From NCBI GenBank assembly GCA_010909165.1, contig VJWM01000134.1, positions 186,001 to 250,000 on the forward strand: 64,000 bases of DNA, read 5' to 3'. This DNA comes from Anthoceros angustus (taxonomy: Eukaryota > Plantae > Anthocerotophyta). A program made the translations under genes and the position numbers. Positions 10,850 through 23,300 of this stretch are shown piece by piece; position 1 is the stretch's first letter; each line of letters begins with the position of its first letter. A model generated the notes under the pieces. It was given only the letters and a program-made list of their open reading frames with translations. It was not told the origin of the DNA and ran no database searches.

Positions 10850-11814
10850 AAAATGCTTGTATGGGATGAACGACGGACATGCACAAATGACATGTAATTG
10901 ACGGTTCTGATTATTTTTACCCCTTCAAAATCGCAATGCCCTACCATAGATGCGGCAGGTTGTGACCAAATGAACATGCAGGGTCTGGCGCCGTGGGTTT
11001 GAACACCATATTAAAATTAGCAAACACCCTAAAAAAAGACATAAAAAAAGCGAAGACATATTTTTGTCCAAAAAAAGTGGGTTTTAGCCATAACCCTTTT
11101 TGCCGGAGAAACCCCTTTCTACCCAGATGCTGTTAACTATTACTATAGATGGGGAGGGAGGGTAAGTATTCATGGCTTCTTTTTCTCTTCCTTCCGCAGT
11201 ATCTTTTACCAGCCAAGCGCGCGCCACCTCGAGGAGGCTTTATTTCCACCTCATTATCCGCATGTCCTTTCTTTATAAGATTGTGTTGGTTCAATGCATG
11301 CTGGGACCGAATCACGATAATAAGTTGGTCCAAGAATCAAACTAAGACTTTTTATGAACCTTGGTTAAGAGGCCAGTTTTGGCCCATCTAAAATGAGACC
11401 TTGTCCACCAATTCACGCTATGGGACCGGACTCCAAATCAAAGGATCAAAGAAACCTGTTTCATATGCAAATCTTAATTGTTAGAGACAAGAGAAAATAA
11501 ATATACTCCTATTCTTTGGAAAATGATATGTGCAATAAGTTCTCATAGGTTACCTATTTATAATTAATGGTAACAAAAGCAAATTTAGGGTTTAACGTTG
11601 GGTTGAGAGTTTACCCTAAACCCTTATCCCTAAACAACTATTACTATGACTTAGCTAACATGGACACGTCTACAACTAAGTACCGTTAAGAATATTGATT
11701 CCAACAAGATATTGATAAGCCTCTTTTTATGTAGCATGTCGAACATTAGGTTACTATATCTAGCCGGTTGAGAGGCTTGTGAATCAGATCACTAATTCCA
11801 ACCTTTACAGACGT

Positions 11815-13466
11815 CTACCTCTCAATATTGTCGTTAATACTTGGACGCGAGATTCTCGATATATGGCCAAAACCTTCAAAAAAACGAGGAAACCATGAGC
11901 CGGAATGAATTCCAATTCCGGCTGCTCGCTTGGGATTTGCGTTTTTCCGTGGCCTAGATAGCATTGAAATATAGATGATCTATGATTAGTGCTAAAATCA
12001 CATCCAAGTTTGTTTCAAATGATGCCATGAAAATAATCAGTCAGAATACAAAAGAGGAAAGGAAAGACACAGAAAAAAAAAACAAAAATTGAAACTAATA
12101 CCTCCGTCTTGCTATTGGAGATGCATTCCTTCGAGGAGCTAGGCTTGGTTTGGCATGTACACTTGATTTTGGAGGTAGAATTAAGCTAGGAGATACCATA
12201 GATCAATGTTAAAATCACATGCAAGTTTGCTTCAAATGCTTTCATGTCACTATGTGGGAAGAATGGAAAAGAAAAAGAAATTTTTTTAAAAAACTAGTAC
12301 CTGTTTCTTGGTCTGAAAACTCGCAACCGGGGTGTAGAGCGTATGTTTTCCCTACAAGGTATAGGAGGTGTAATCGCATTGGAAGATATAGGAGGTGGAG
12401 GAGGCATATTGACCTTGGAATGTATAGGTATACTCGCCCTTGAAGGTATGGGGAATACAAGAGGTAATTTCAGCCTGACAATTATTATATGTTAGTGCTA
12501 AGATCACATCCTGGTTTAACAATCATTATGCTGAAACTAATATCCCTGAGTGAGTGAAAGAGGAAAGGAAAGGAGGAAAAAACAAAAAAAATACCTCAGT
12601 CTTGGTGTGGGAGGTATATTTGGTGTAGATGGGACTAAGGGTATAATTGCTAATGACGCAGTTTCAATTGAATTTGAAGGTACACATATTTTTTGTCTTT
12701 TCGACCTTTTCAAAGATACATTGTTTGGTGCCAGCATTCTTGCCCTCTTGAAAATCGAATGCGAAGTTGATCCTTGTCCTGTTGATCCATGTCTCATTGC
12801 CGTCAAATCAATGGCCGCCACATTGTTAGCATTTTTTAGAAGAACCAATCCTTCATATTCGCCGCTATCTACAGCTATGATCTTGCAATTAATGCTACAA
12901 AACCAATCTGTTGGGTCATGATTATCTTGCTTGGCCAATGTCCTATCGCATGTTTTGCACATATATCGTTTCCCATTTGGTTTTCCCTCTTGTCTGTTAG
13001 TTCCCAAGAAATATACCTCGCAACTATTAGATCGACAAGTACAGATATGCGAGAGATCAATATTTTCAGCAGTAAGTATGTGTGCATTTTCATCAAAATT
13101 CAAGGATGGCCTGTACGAACATCTCCGTAGATTAAGAATCTGATGACCTGCATGATTTTGTTGTACTCCTATCGCACAAAGCGGCCCTTCATGACAAGAA
13201 ACACAATATTTTTGCAAATTCAAATCTCTCTTAGCGTGTCTAGCTTTATCTGTTCCATGATATCTGCAAGGCCTTTGCTCCTGCCTTTCAAGACTTCCTG
13301 GGGGTCTAGGTTTGGTTGGAAAATATGCATCTCTATTGTTCACCAATTTTATCATCCAATGTGTAAGCATAATATCTCCCGAATTTGCATTCCCTCTAGA
13401 TGAAGGATCTTTTGAAGATTCTTCCTTTGTTGCCTCAACTCTACTATCATGTGCTTCAGCCTCCAT
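11815..13466 (-). CDS. Divergent PLATZ zinc-binding transcription factor, 4 exons (about 13466-12596, 12473-12301, 12187-12102, 11954-11815)
   Basis: C-x2-H, CVSC, LCAIG, HAGH, IL.LRRCSY, CKTCDRTL and FCSINCK pattern. Three GT-AG introns, all phase 2, keep the frame open to the PLATZ-like tail RRRPRKNANPKRA. Confidence 0.75.
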
Positions 13467-13595
13467 TTTGTAAGTTGCTGTACTTTAAATACTCCAAAGT
13501 TGCATATAAAGTGCACAACCTTAAACTTCTACTGTTTGATGTGGCTATGTTTCCTCCATCCAATCTTCTACAAAATAAAACAACAACAAATGAAT

Positions 13596-14470
13596 GAATA
13601 ATCGTCCATATCCACTCTTAGCAATTATAATGTAAGTATTAACAATTATAAGAACAACATATAGGGCTACATGGATAAAATCAATATTCACCTAACAGTC
13701 ATCATGAAAGTTTGATGCAACAACATCAAGAAACTATATAATTATAAAACAATAAAAACATTCATAAACTAAGTGTTAAGTAAATATAATGTTCAAGTAT
13801 AATAGACAAGCTTAAACCACTTACCTTCAAAAAAGTGATGCCCTTGATATAGTACTTGTACTTCTTTTCGTCTGCTCACATATACATATATAGACAAAAG
13901 AGGACCGAGTGAGTTCGATGTATTTTGCTCTCTCTCGAGAATGGCTTTAGAATTTTCTTTAAATGCATTATGTGAGCAAGGGACTTTGAATATAATCTCA
14001 CGTCTAATTTCAAGGCTAGTTCCTACATGGTCAATCTTGAATAATCGTCCATATCCACTATTAGTAATTATATTAGCAACCATAAGAAACAACATATGTA
14101 TAGGGCTACATGGATAAAATCAATAGTCACCTAATAGTAATCATGAAAGCTTGATGTAACAGCATCAGGAAATTATATAATTATAAAATAATAAAAATTT
14201 AAAAAGTTTTAAGTAAATATAATGTTCAAGTACAATAGACAAACCTAAACCTCTAACCTTCAAAAACCTGATGCCTTTGATATAGTACATGTACTTCTTT
14301 TCGTCTACTCACTTATACATATATAGACAAAAGAGGAACAAATAAATTCGACGTATTTTGTTTTCTCTCGAGGACAGCTTTAGAATTTTCTTTAAATGCT
14401 TAATGTTAACAAGAGACCTGGAATATAATCTCACGTCTAACTTCCAGGCTAGTTCCTATATGGTCAATCT
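13596..14470. repeat. Two tandem diverged copies of an AT-rich 443 bp unit upstream of the PLATZ gene
   Basis: gaataatcgtccatatccact starts at 13596 and 14039. Both copies end in ggctagttccta(c/t)atggtcaatctt. Confidence 0.85.
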
Positions 14471-15469
14471 TCACACCCCTTCCACGCTAGTTCCTACATG
14501 GTCAGTCATCACACTCCCTCATAGGCAATGTGTCTACAACTACTTATGCACTCTTTTGACACTATGATAACTAAGCGTATGTGGGCATGTGCCTATAATT
14601 TTATGCCGACACATACCAGCCAAGACCAAGCTTCTTTCACAACTTGCATACATGTATTGGCATCATTGCAAGATGCACCAAATCAAGATAGCTTTCAAGA
14701 GAAGGCAAAGCACCCACACTCATGAGTGAGTAGCTACTTGAAAAGTTTCAAGTACAAGTAGAGCCAATAGACATAACATTGTCGCTCCTATTAAACTATA
14801 TCACAACCTAGTTACAAAGACCAAATGTTAGATACTTCTATAGGAATCCAGTTGAACATAGCAAAAGACTCAAAACAAGAGTCATGATAGAGAACAAGGA
14901 CCAAGGTTGGCACTTAGCAACTCCTTGTTTCCAAGGAGCCAGGACGTCCTCTTATAGAAAGTACTAATCTATAAATATCCTCATAAGAGTTGCTGCTACC
15001 TAAGAGGCTGTTACCAAAACACACTCCCTTAAAAGATCCTAGAATGCAAGGATTGAGATTCTAATTCTAAGCTACCACCGGTTGAAAAAGGGTAGATGCC
15101 CATTCTGAATAACCATTTCTTTTCACTTCTTATACTTGGCACTCTCCAATGTAGGTTGGCCCTTGTCCCCGGTTATGGTTCCCCTGGTCCTCCTCACCCT
15201 CACGTTGGTGTTCTTCCTAAAGTTGTAGCATCCTCAACCACAAGCTCACCTCACCCTGCTTTGCCGCAAACTTAGAAGCCTCTCTGCTTGTAGGATGCTT
15301 CATGCAATTTGACATCCACTTTGTCTTCCAAAAATATGAAGGACTTGAACTTGTGCGCACTAACGTTCTATCTGTATGTTTGTGTGTCTATTTGTTTATC
15401 ACACAGCAGGGTGCCTACCACTGCGCATACCCCGTCACCAGCTGTGCGCAATCCACGGTCGACCCCATC

Positions 15470-15965
15470 GCGTAGTTCCAGCTTTCCAGCTTGCTGCAGG
15501 GCAGTCGCAGACCCTGGGCTTGGGCTCCGCCTGCAGCCCTGCAGCTGGCCGTCGGCCACCATCCGGGCATCAGTGCGAGGGCAGTGCGTGGCCCCCGAGG
15601 GGAACCCTGCCGCCGCCAACGACGAGAACCTGGCCGATCTGGCGGAATTCAACCTGGCCAGCCCAACCGACTTCTACGATGTCAGCAACCTGAAAGCCTA
15701 CCCTATCGGCCTCAAGATCCAGCCATCCAGCCCAGCCCGTCGCCAGCAGCTGCGGCGCAACTTCCTGCTCCGTCTCCGACATCCGATCCTTGTGCGGCGC
15801 CAACAACCAGCAGCTGAGCCTGCATCAACACCGACTGCAGCGCCGGCCGAGGCACCTCAGACGGCACCCGCCTGCCCTTCCGCCTACAGCTACAACTTCG
15901 ACGACGCCGCCTCCACCTTAACTTGCCCCCACGGCACCAGCTACAATGTCATCTTCTGTCCCTGA
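15470..15965 (+). pseudogene. Thaumatin-like (PR-5) protein, frameshifted
   Basis: [11 protein letters not shown] in one frame. LAEFNL..DFYDVS and [22 protein letters not shown] in another. The central Cys-rich part is not in frame. Confidence 0.75.
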
Positions 15966-18900
15966 TCGATTTCTGTACATGTTGCTCACGGATTTCAAGA
16001 AGCATGCGATTTCTCATGTAGTATATAATCTCCCAACGGGTCACGCCTGGTGAACATTGGCTGGCAGCAGGCTGTGGTATCCACTGTCCAGGGCGTGCAG
16101 TGTCCATCAGCAAGGAAATACATTTTGAGACACACGGTCATCGTTTGCCATCTTCAGTAGCATTACAAGTGAGAAAACAAGCGCAAATTGGAATGGCTGA
16201 TTGCCCTAATCTATGAGCTCTGAAAATTGAAGACGAATTGACAAAGAGCCCGTTGAGAAAGATTGAGTGCAGCTGAGCTTGTATCGTGAAAGATTGAGGC
16301 CAGAGCTCGTCCTTAATACTGTTTGTGAATGTCGAGGTCTTCCTTCTAACCTGTTATTGAAAAACAATTGGTGGAAGCGGAACTGTCCACTCAGCTGCAG
16401 GCGTTACCATAGAATGAGCCCATATTGATCCAGACGATTCTGTAGATCCCTTTGGCCTTCCTTACCAGATCAAGTGTACTTGGAGGTGTGACTTGGGGCG
16501 CCCCATGCCCTGTTCTTTTGTTCAAGAAGTGACCAACTATTTGATGATTTTGGCATACAATACCATACCGGCAGGGTACTACTTGGCACTGGGACGTACA
16601 ACTTTTCGGTAATCGTTCTTCGTAGTCTGCGGGGTATTTCAGTCGGTTGGTAATGTGTTATCAGCAATCACACTTGTTGTTGTCCCTTCTGTAGGTGGCT
16701 GTGGACAAGGAACCATCGACTGGTGGAATAACTACTAGTGGAGTGACTGCTTCCGACATTATTGATGCCAGCCCATCTAATCTGCTCTCGGAATCTTTGG
16801 TTCTCCAGAATGCGACCGAATATGCTCACAGCATGTCTAGAGCTCAGCAGGTTACATATGCTGTGGTGTCTTTCCAAAAGCCATCCAGGCAATCGACGGT
16901 GAACTCAGCCCGTGACAGTGAGAGAGCTGGGTCGCTTACTTCCAAGCATGTGTGGCAAATCCTGGCCTAGTTTCTGTCAGAAGTGAAGCTGCTCTAGGGT
17001 ACCCTCTTACCAGCTGCCAAGCATAGTTGTGAAGTCAAAAGAACTATTACAGTGCACTTCAGGTAATGGAGGTCTCAGGTTCTCAGGATATCGGTGAACA
17101 CGCACTCAAGTGTTCCAAACCCCGTTCATCATGATCAGCTCCAAGCCTTGCTCATGATCAGTCTGACCATCTCCCTTATTGGAGTGATCCTGTGTCATCA
17201 GGCACAGGACCCCATGTGGCTCAGCTTACTGTCCCCCGTGCAAACAGCAGCCACGCAGCAGCATACTGCAAGATTCTTGGCAGCCCAGGAAAGATCGGCG
17301 ACGCAATGAACTGCAGCAAGTTGCTCTTCATCAGCTTAGTGTGCCACTTGTTCCAGGTGATGTTCAGGTTTCGAGTTATGTATGCTTTGCGCACATAATC
17401 TCACCTTAGCATGTGCGCAAAGCACACCTCGGTACCTTAGCATGTGGCTGACTTACTTCCATCACAGGGCAACGGTACAAACCCTTCTACTTTGATGCGG
17501 TTGATGCCCTTCTGAATACTATCCACGCCTGGTGCACTGCGACCAGGGGCAAGATCTCACATGATACATTTGGCCTCTAAAATGCCGCTCCTACTGGCAC
17601 AGATTGTGACAAACAAGGTCGGGTATGGTGTGCACATTTCGAGAACTTCGAGGTTGAAAGAATACTATCTAGTACAAACACCTGTCCAACTACCTTTCTT
17701 CCCCTTGTTGATTTTCGTCCTCTCCAGGTACATATTCCTGTCCGTTCAACTGTGTCATTGTGATAACCTCATCACACCACTCTTGTGCTCACCCTGGCAG
17801 GAGCAGCAGGCATCTAAAAAGAAGGGGTCTACTATCAATCAGGTACTTGCACGAGCGAGCTTCCTCACATGTTTGCCAGTTGTGACCCACAAAAGTGGTC
17901 TTATCCAGTTTGCCTTCTGAAATTTGAGCTCAACACTTCCTTCAGGAAACAGCTGATTGGAGTGTGCAAATCCCACGACAACTGCAGTCTACAAGCATGG
18001 AACCGCGGGTCCACCAATGGCACCTCCTGCAGGACCAAGGGAGGCAACAGTGCCCGCCCCCCAAACAGCATCGGGACGCGGGCTGTCAAGATGGGACACT
18101 GTGAAAGGTGAAAAGACGCAGACGCCATGTCACTGCCTGCAACAGAGAGCGCCAGAGGGCGCCATGCCATGCCCACATCATCATCATCAGCTCCAGAGGA
18201 ACAGTGGGCACTGGGCAGGGACGGGAGCTCTTGTCGGCGCATGCTCATGCCCGGGCAGCGCCCCCTGGCCCTGGGCCGTGGGCCCTGGCCCCTGCACAGT
18301 TCCAGCACCCACCGAGCCCATTGGCACCTGGAGTCCTGACCGAAGCAGCGTCTGTTTCCATGTAGCTGGAGTCGGACTGGAGGCTGCAGCGAGCAGACCC
18401 TCCCGCAGGGCAACCTGTGACTGTACCAGGCTACCAGCCCAGCAATTTATCGAGCTTTGGAGCACTAACTCCCAAGTTTGTACACACATCCACACATAAT
18501 GGCAAACGGTAAACCCAGTTCCTCACGCCTGGTGCTGGTGGATCGCACCGTACTGCACAGTCTCACACCCAAGCCTCTGCCTTCACACACATGGCCTCGG
18601 GTTCAGGGACAAGGACCCGGACAAGGACAAGACACTCACGCTTCAATCTCCACCCGATTGTTTCAAAATCCCAAATGGCTCTTCCTTGTGTCCCATGGCT
18701 CCACTCCCAGAGTCCTATATCCACTTTCCTCCCTCCCCCCAACATACACACATCACCTCCCTTCCCTCCTCCCTGTGTGATGTCACGCTGCCGTAACAGG
18801 CCAGGCTCCATATATTCCATGCCATCTTCAGGATCTGGAGTGTGCTGCTTTATTCCTCCACCCCCTGCGTACGGTCGGGATTCTGGAAGATGCAGATGCT

Positions 18901-19874
18901 TGTCTGGCTTGGCCTTGCTTGGCTCGCCCCTCCCTTGGCCTATACATCTTCATACATAAGTACATTTATGCTCACACGGATTCCGGGAGCATGTCGTGCG
19001 TAAAAGGTAGGTGGTTTCTAAGAATCTTACCTTCCCCGCAGGCTGCGGGGGAAAGCCAGACAGAAAGCCCGGCAGCTCGCGTCAGCTGATCAAGACCCAC
19101 CTCTGCTTGCCCTTGCAGGCATCAGGGCAGGGATTAAGCAAGACGGATGAGCTTAGAAAAGATTACATCACCTGGTCCACCTTGATTGATACATAGTTTG
19201 TGAAAGGATTAAGGTGGAGCGTGAAGTGTCCAGTGCCAGACCTTTTGCTGTCATGAGCCTGCAGCTACCACGCCTCGCCCGGACTGTACCGCGACGGAGG
19301 CACATGTGACGGGGAGAGGAGGGTAGAGGATGGTACAGCCAGGCTTTAAGGGCGGTAAAAAAACATCAGGGCAGTCGGACAGAAGTTGAATGCGGTGAAT
19401 CCCGTTCCACCATCTCCCGCCAGAGCACCATCATTGCCGCCTGCTCCCTGCCGCCACTCGATACCCGCATTCATGCGGCATGCCCTGCTTTCATGTGCGG
19501 ATGCAAATTGCAGAAGCCCGGGGCCCCGCTTGGCAGCGCCCTGCGCGCCACAGGCCCGCTGGCCTGCCCAGGACTTGCAGCAGCAGCAGGCTCTGACGTT
19601 CCGGTTCCGGCCAGACTGGAAAAGACGAGGCCTGTGGAGAGCCGGCTATGGCGGGCTCCTGCAAAGCTCCTCAAGACCTCAGCATCACATGCTCCTCGTG
19701 AGCGGAGGACGTGCTGCGGAAAGCTGCTCTGATGTCGTCTTGCGTGTGCCCATTTTCTGGAAGAAATGGCGTCGTGTTGACTGATTGACTCATGGGCGGG
19801 AAGGATTGATGGGTCCTCGGAGGCTGTCGGATTCGTCTTCAAGTTTTGGGTTTTGTGGGTTGAGAATATCTGCC

Positions 19875-22800
19875 ATGGCGGGGGCGGGAGGGAAGTATGC
19901 TGTCGGGAGCCTCGTGCTGCTGTTGCTGTGGCTGTGTGTGGGAGGAGTGGGTGCGGGAGCCGGGGACGAGGTGGCGGCGTTGATGGAGATAAAGGAGGCT
20001 CTGGTGGACCAGATGGATCATCTGGAGGGCTGGCAAGGGAACGCCACAAGTGCGTGTGAGTGGAAGGGAGTTTCTTGCAATGCCGCGGGGAGGGTGGAGG
20101 AGCTGAGCCTGGCAGGACTAAATCTGACGGGCTCGCTCTCGCCGGCTGTGGGTTTCTTGACAGCGCTCACCAATTTGAGTGTGGAGCAGAACAATTTCAC
20201 GGGGACGCTGCCTGGGGCGATTGCCAATCTCACGCGCCTCCGTTTCTTGAACGTGTCCAACAACAATTTCAGCTACTCTTTTCCGGCGGGATTTGGCGCG
20301 CTCACCAAGCTGGAGATGCTGGACACGTACAACAACAACTTCTCCGGGCCGCTGCCGGAGGAGCTTGCGGTGCTGCCTGCTCTGGAGCATTTGCATCTGG
20401 GGGGGAGCTATTTCGAGGGGACTATTCCTCCGAGCTATGGGAACATCAGCAGTCTGAAGTACTTGGCGCTGTCCGGGAATTCCCTCACGGGACGCATTCC
20501 TGCTGAGCTGGGGAACCTCACTGGGTTGGAGGGGTTGTATCTCGGCTACTTCAATGTGTATGATGATGGCATCCCGCCGGAGCTTGGGAGGCTCAAGAAG
20601 CTGGTGAGGCTGGATCTGGGGGGATGCCAGCTCACTGGCGGGATTCCTGCTGAGCTGGGGAACCTGGAGAGCTTGGACACGCTCTTCTTGCAATTCAATG
20701 AGCTCACGGGGAGTATTCCCCTGGGGCTTGGGAACCTCTCCAATCTCAAGTCTCTGGATACCTCGCTGAATCGGATGAGCGGCGGGATCCCGCCCGATTT
20801 CTACAAGCTGGACAAGTTGGAGCTGCTTTCTTTGTTCGGGAACCAGTTGATGAGCGGTCCTATTCCCGACTTCATTGCTGCTCTGCCTAATCTGCAGGTT
20901 TTGCATCTCTGGGGAAACCAGTTCACTGGCAGCATTCCCGCCAATCTGGGCAACAGTACTAAGCTGATTATGGTCGATCTGTCCAACAATTCTCTGTCTG
21001 GAGTCATCCCACCTCATCTGTGCGAGGGGGCCCTGCAGCGGCTTATTCTGCAGATCAACCAGCTTTCCGGGCCCATCCCTGATAGCATTGGGAGCTGTCA
21101 GAGCCTGGAGTACTTGCGGCTCGGGCACAATCAACTGAATGGCACCATCCCGGCGGGTCTCCTCGGGCTCACTAATTTGTCCTTTCTGGAGCTTCTTGAC
21201 AATCGTCTGGAGGGGCCTATTCCTCAGGGTTTCGTCAATGTGCCACGCCTCTCCAGGCTCGATTTGTCGGACAACTTGCTGGACGGAGTTCTTCCTAGCA
21301 ACATTGGGAGTCTGCAAAGCATGCAGTACTTGGCCTTGACTGGGAATCGATTTTCAGGGAGCATTCCTCCCGACATTGGGCTACTCAGCGTCCTCAACAC
21401 CATTGACCTGAGTCGGAATTCTTTTACAGGTAGCATTCCCCCGGAAATCGGGCTGTGCAGTCAGCTCTCGGATCTGGATTTGAGCTCCAACCAGCTGACA
21501 GCAGAGATCCCGGAGGAGCTCAGCCATCTTCCGGTGCTTGCTTATCTCAATCTGTCAAGAAATTTGCTGGAGGGGCCCATTCCGGAAGAGTTGCAGGATC
21601 TGCAGACCCTGAACATCGTGGATTTTTCCTACAACAATCTGTCCGGGCCGATTCCTGTGAGTGGCACGTTCCAGTTTTTCAACTACAGCTCGTATATGGG
21701 CAATCCGGGGCTCTGCGGCCCGCAGAATATCATCCCTGCTGGGTCTTCCGCATGTGATGCTCCACAGACCACGGCTTATCCCAGGAGATCTGCTCCTCAC
21801 CGTGGGGGAAAAGCAGCCCCTATAGCCTGGATTGTGGGAGGCCTCTTCGCAGCTGCGCTGATTGTGCTGCTTGTTGGTGTGTGCTGCTTTTTCAACAAGT
21901 ATCGATGGTACATATCCAGCATATTGGCCAAGGATAAGTCCATCCGTCCCTGGAAGCTTACAGCTTTCCAAAGGCTCAACTTCTCCGCCAACCATGTTCT
22001 GGGGTGCCTTAGTGAAGACAATATCATTGGCAGGGGTGGAGCAGGGACCGTCTACAAAGGCGAGATGCCAGATGGGGAAAACATCGCAGTTAAGAGGCTG
22101 CCTGGCAAGGCGACAGGGAAAGGCTTCTCCCACGACCATGGCTTCTCAGCCGAGATTCAGACTCTGGGCAAAATCAGGCACCGTAACATTGTGCGGCTGC
22201 TGGGTTGCTGCTCCAACCATGAGACTAACTTGCTTGTGTATGAGTACATGCCCTACGGCAGCCTGGGTGAGATTCTGCATGGCAAAAACCATGTCCTACT
22301 GGTCTGGAACACTCGCTACGAAATAGCAGTGCAGGCAGCAAAGGGCTTGGCTTACTTACACCATGACTGCCAGCCTGCTATTTTGCACCGAGATGTGAAG
22401 TCCAACAACATACTTCTGGACTCCAACCTGGAAGCCCACGTTGCTGACTTCGGGCTGGCTAAGCTTCTACAAAACAGTGGGACATCACAATCTATGTCCT
22501 CAATCTCTGGCTCTTACGGGTATATTGCCCCAGGTAACATTCCACTCTCTTCAAGCTTCCTGTCCTTGGTGATGCAATCGCAAGCCTTCCAGTCTCTGCG
22601 TCCTACACTGACCTGAAACACTCACTTGGTGTGGTTGTTGCAGAGTATGCCTACACACTGAAGGTGAATGAAAAGAGTGACATATACAGTTTCGGGGTGG
22701 TCCTTATGGAGCTCATCACAGGCAAGAGGCCAATCGAGCAGGAGTTCGGAGAGGGAGTCGACATTGTGCAGTGGGTGCGTGGGAAGATCCAGCACAAGGA

Positions 22801-23041
22801 CATGGGTGTCGAGGTGCTGGACTCCAGGCTTGGAAGTAAAAGTCTTACCCTGCAGGAGATCATGCTGGTACTGAGAGTGGCACTGCTCTGCACCAGCGAC
22901 CTACCCGTCGACCGACCCACTATGCGCGAGGTGGTCCAAATGCTCCAAGACGTAAAACCCAGCAGCAACGACACCAAGAATGTGTCAAGCAAGCCGAGCA
23001 CTCCCAGCAGAAAGACGGGGGTCACCCTCAGCATAGTCTGA
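19875..23041 (+). CDS. CLV1: CLAVATA1/BAM-clade LRR receptor-like kinase (LRR-RLK XI), 2 exons, intron 22534-22643
   Basis: Signal peptide, about 21 plant LRRs, GNPGLCG cap and transmembrane helix. [46 protein letters not shown] and DFGLAK. Canonical intron at GYIAP/EYAY. CLV1 versus BAM naming needs a tree. Confidence 0.95.
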
Positions 23042-23300
23042 CGGTCCTACGGAAAGGGTAAGTCGCCACAACTATGTGCTTTCCCGCAAGCAGTGTGGCC
23101 TAATGTAAGTTCCCACCCCCATCCTAGTAGATGCTGGCTAGCTAGAAACCCCACACATCGCACTGCCTCCATAGAAGTAAAACAGCCAAGGTTCTTAACA
23201 GGGGACATGGGGTTGTATATAGACTACATGGGCGTTGCAGCAAAGTGTGCGAGTATCATCTGCATTTTTAGCAGAAGTTAGTAGCTAGCCAGCGTACATA

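Noticed and set aside
11581-11640. Telomere-like tttaggg/ccctaaa motifs
   Set aside because: Only three scattered units. Such motifs are common in plant AT-rich and TE sequence.
14540-15030. Possible solo LTR with a minus-strand polypurine tract (aagggag-TGT near 15023)
   Set aside because: No partner LTR, target-site duplication or pol remnant could be supported.
19839-22326. Long antisense and alternate-frame ORFs over the LRR kinase (e.g. 20118-21317)
   Set aside because: They are shadows of a GC-rich repetitive coding sequence and carry no motifs.
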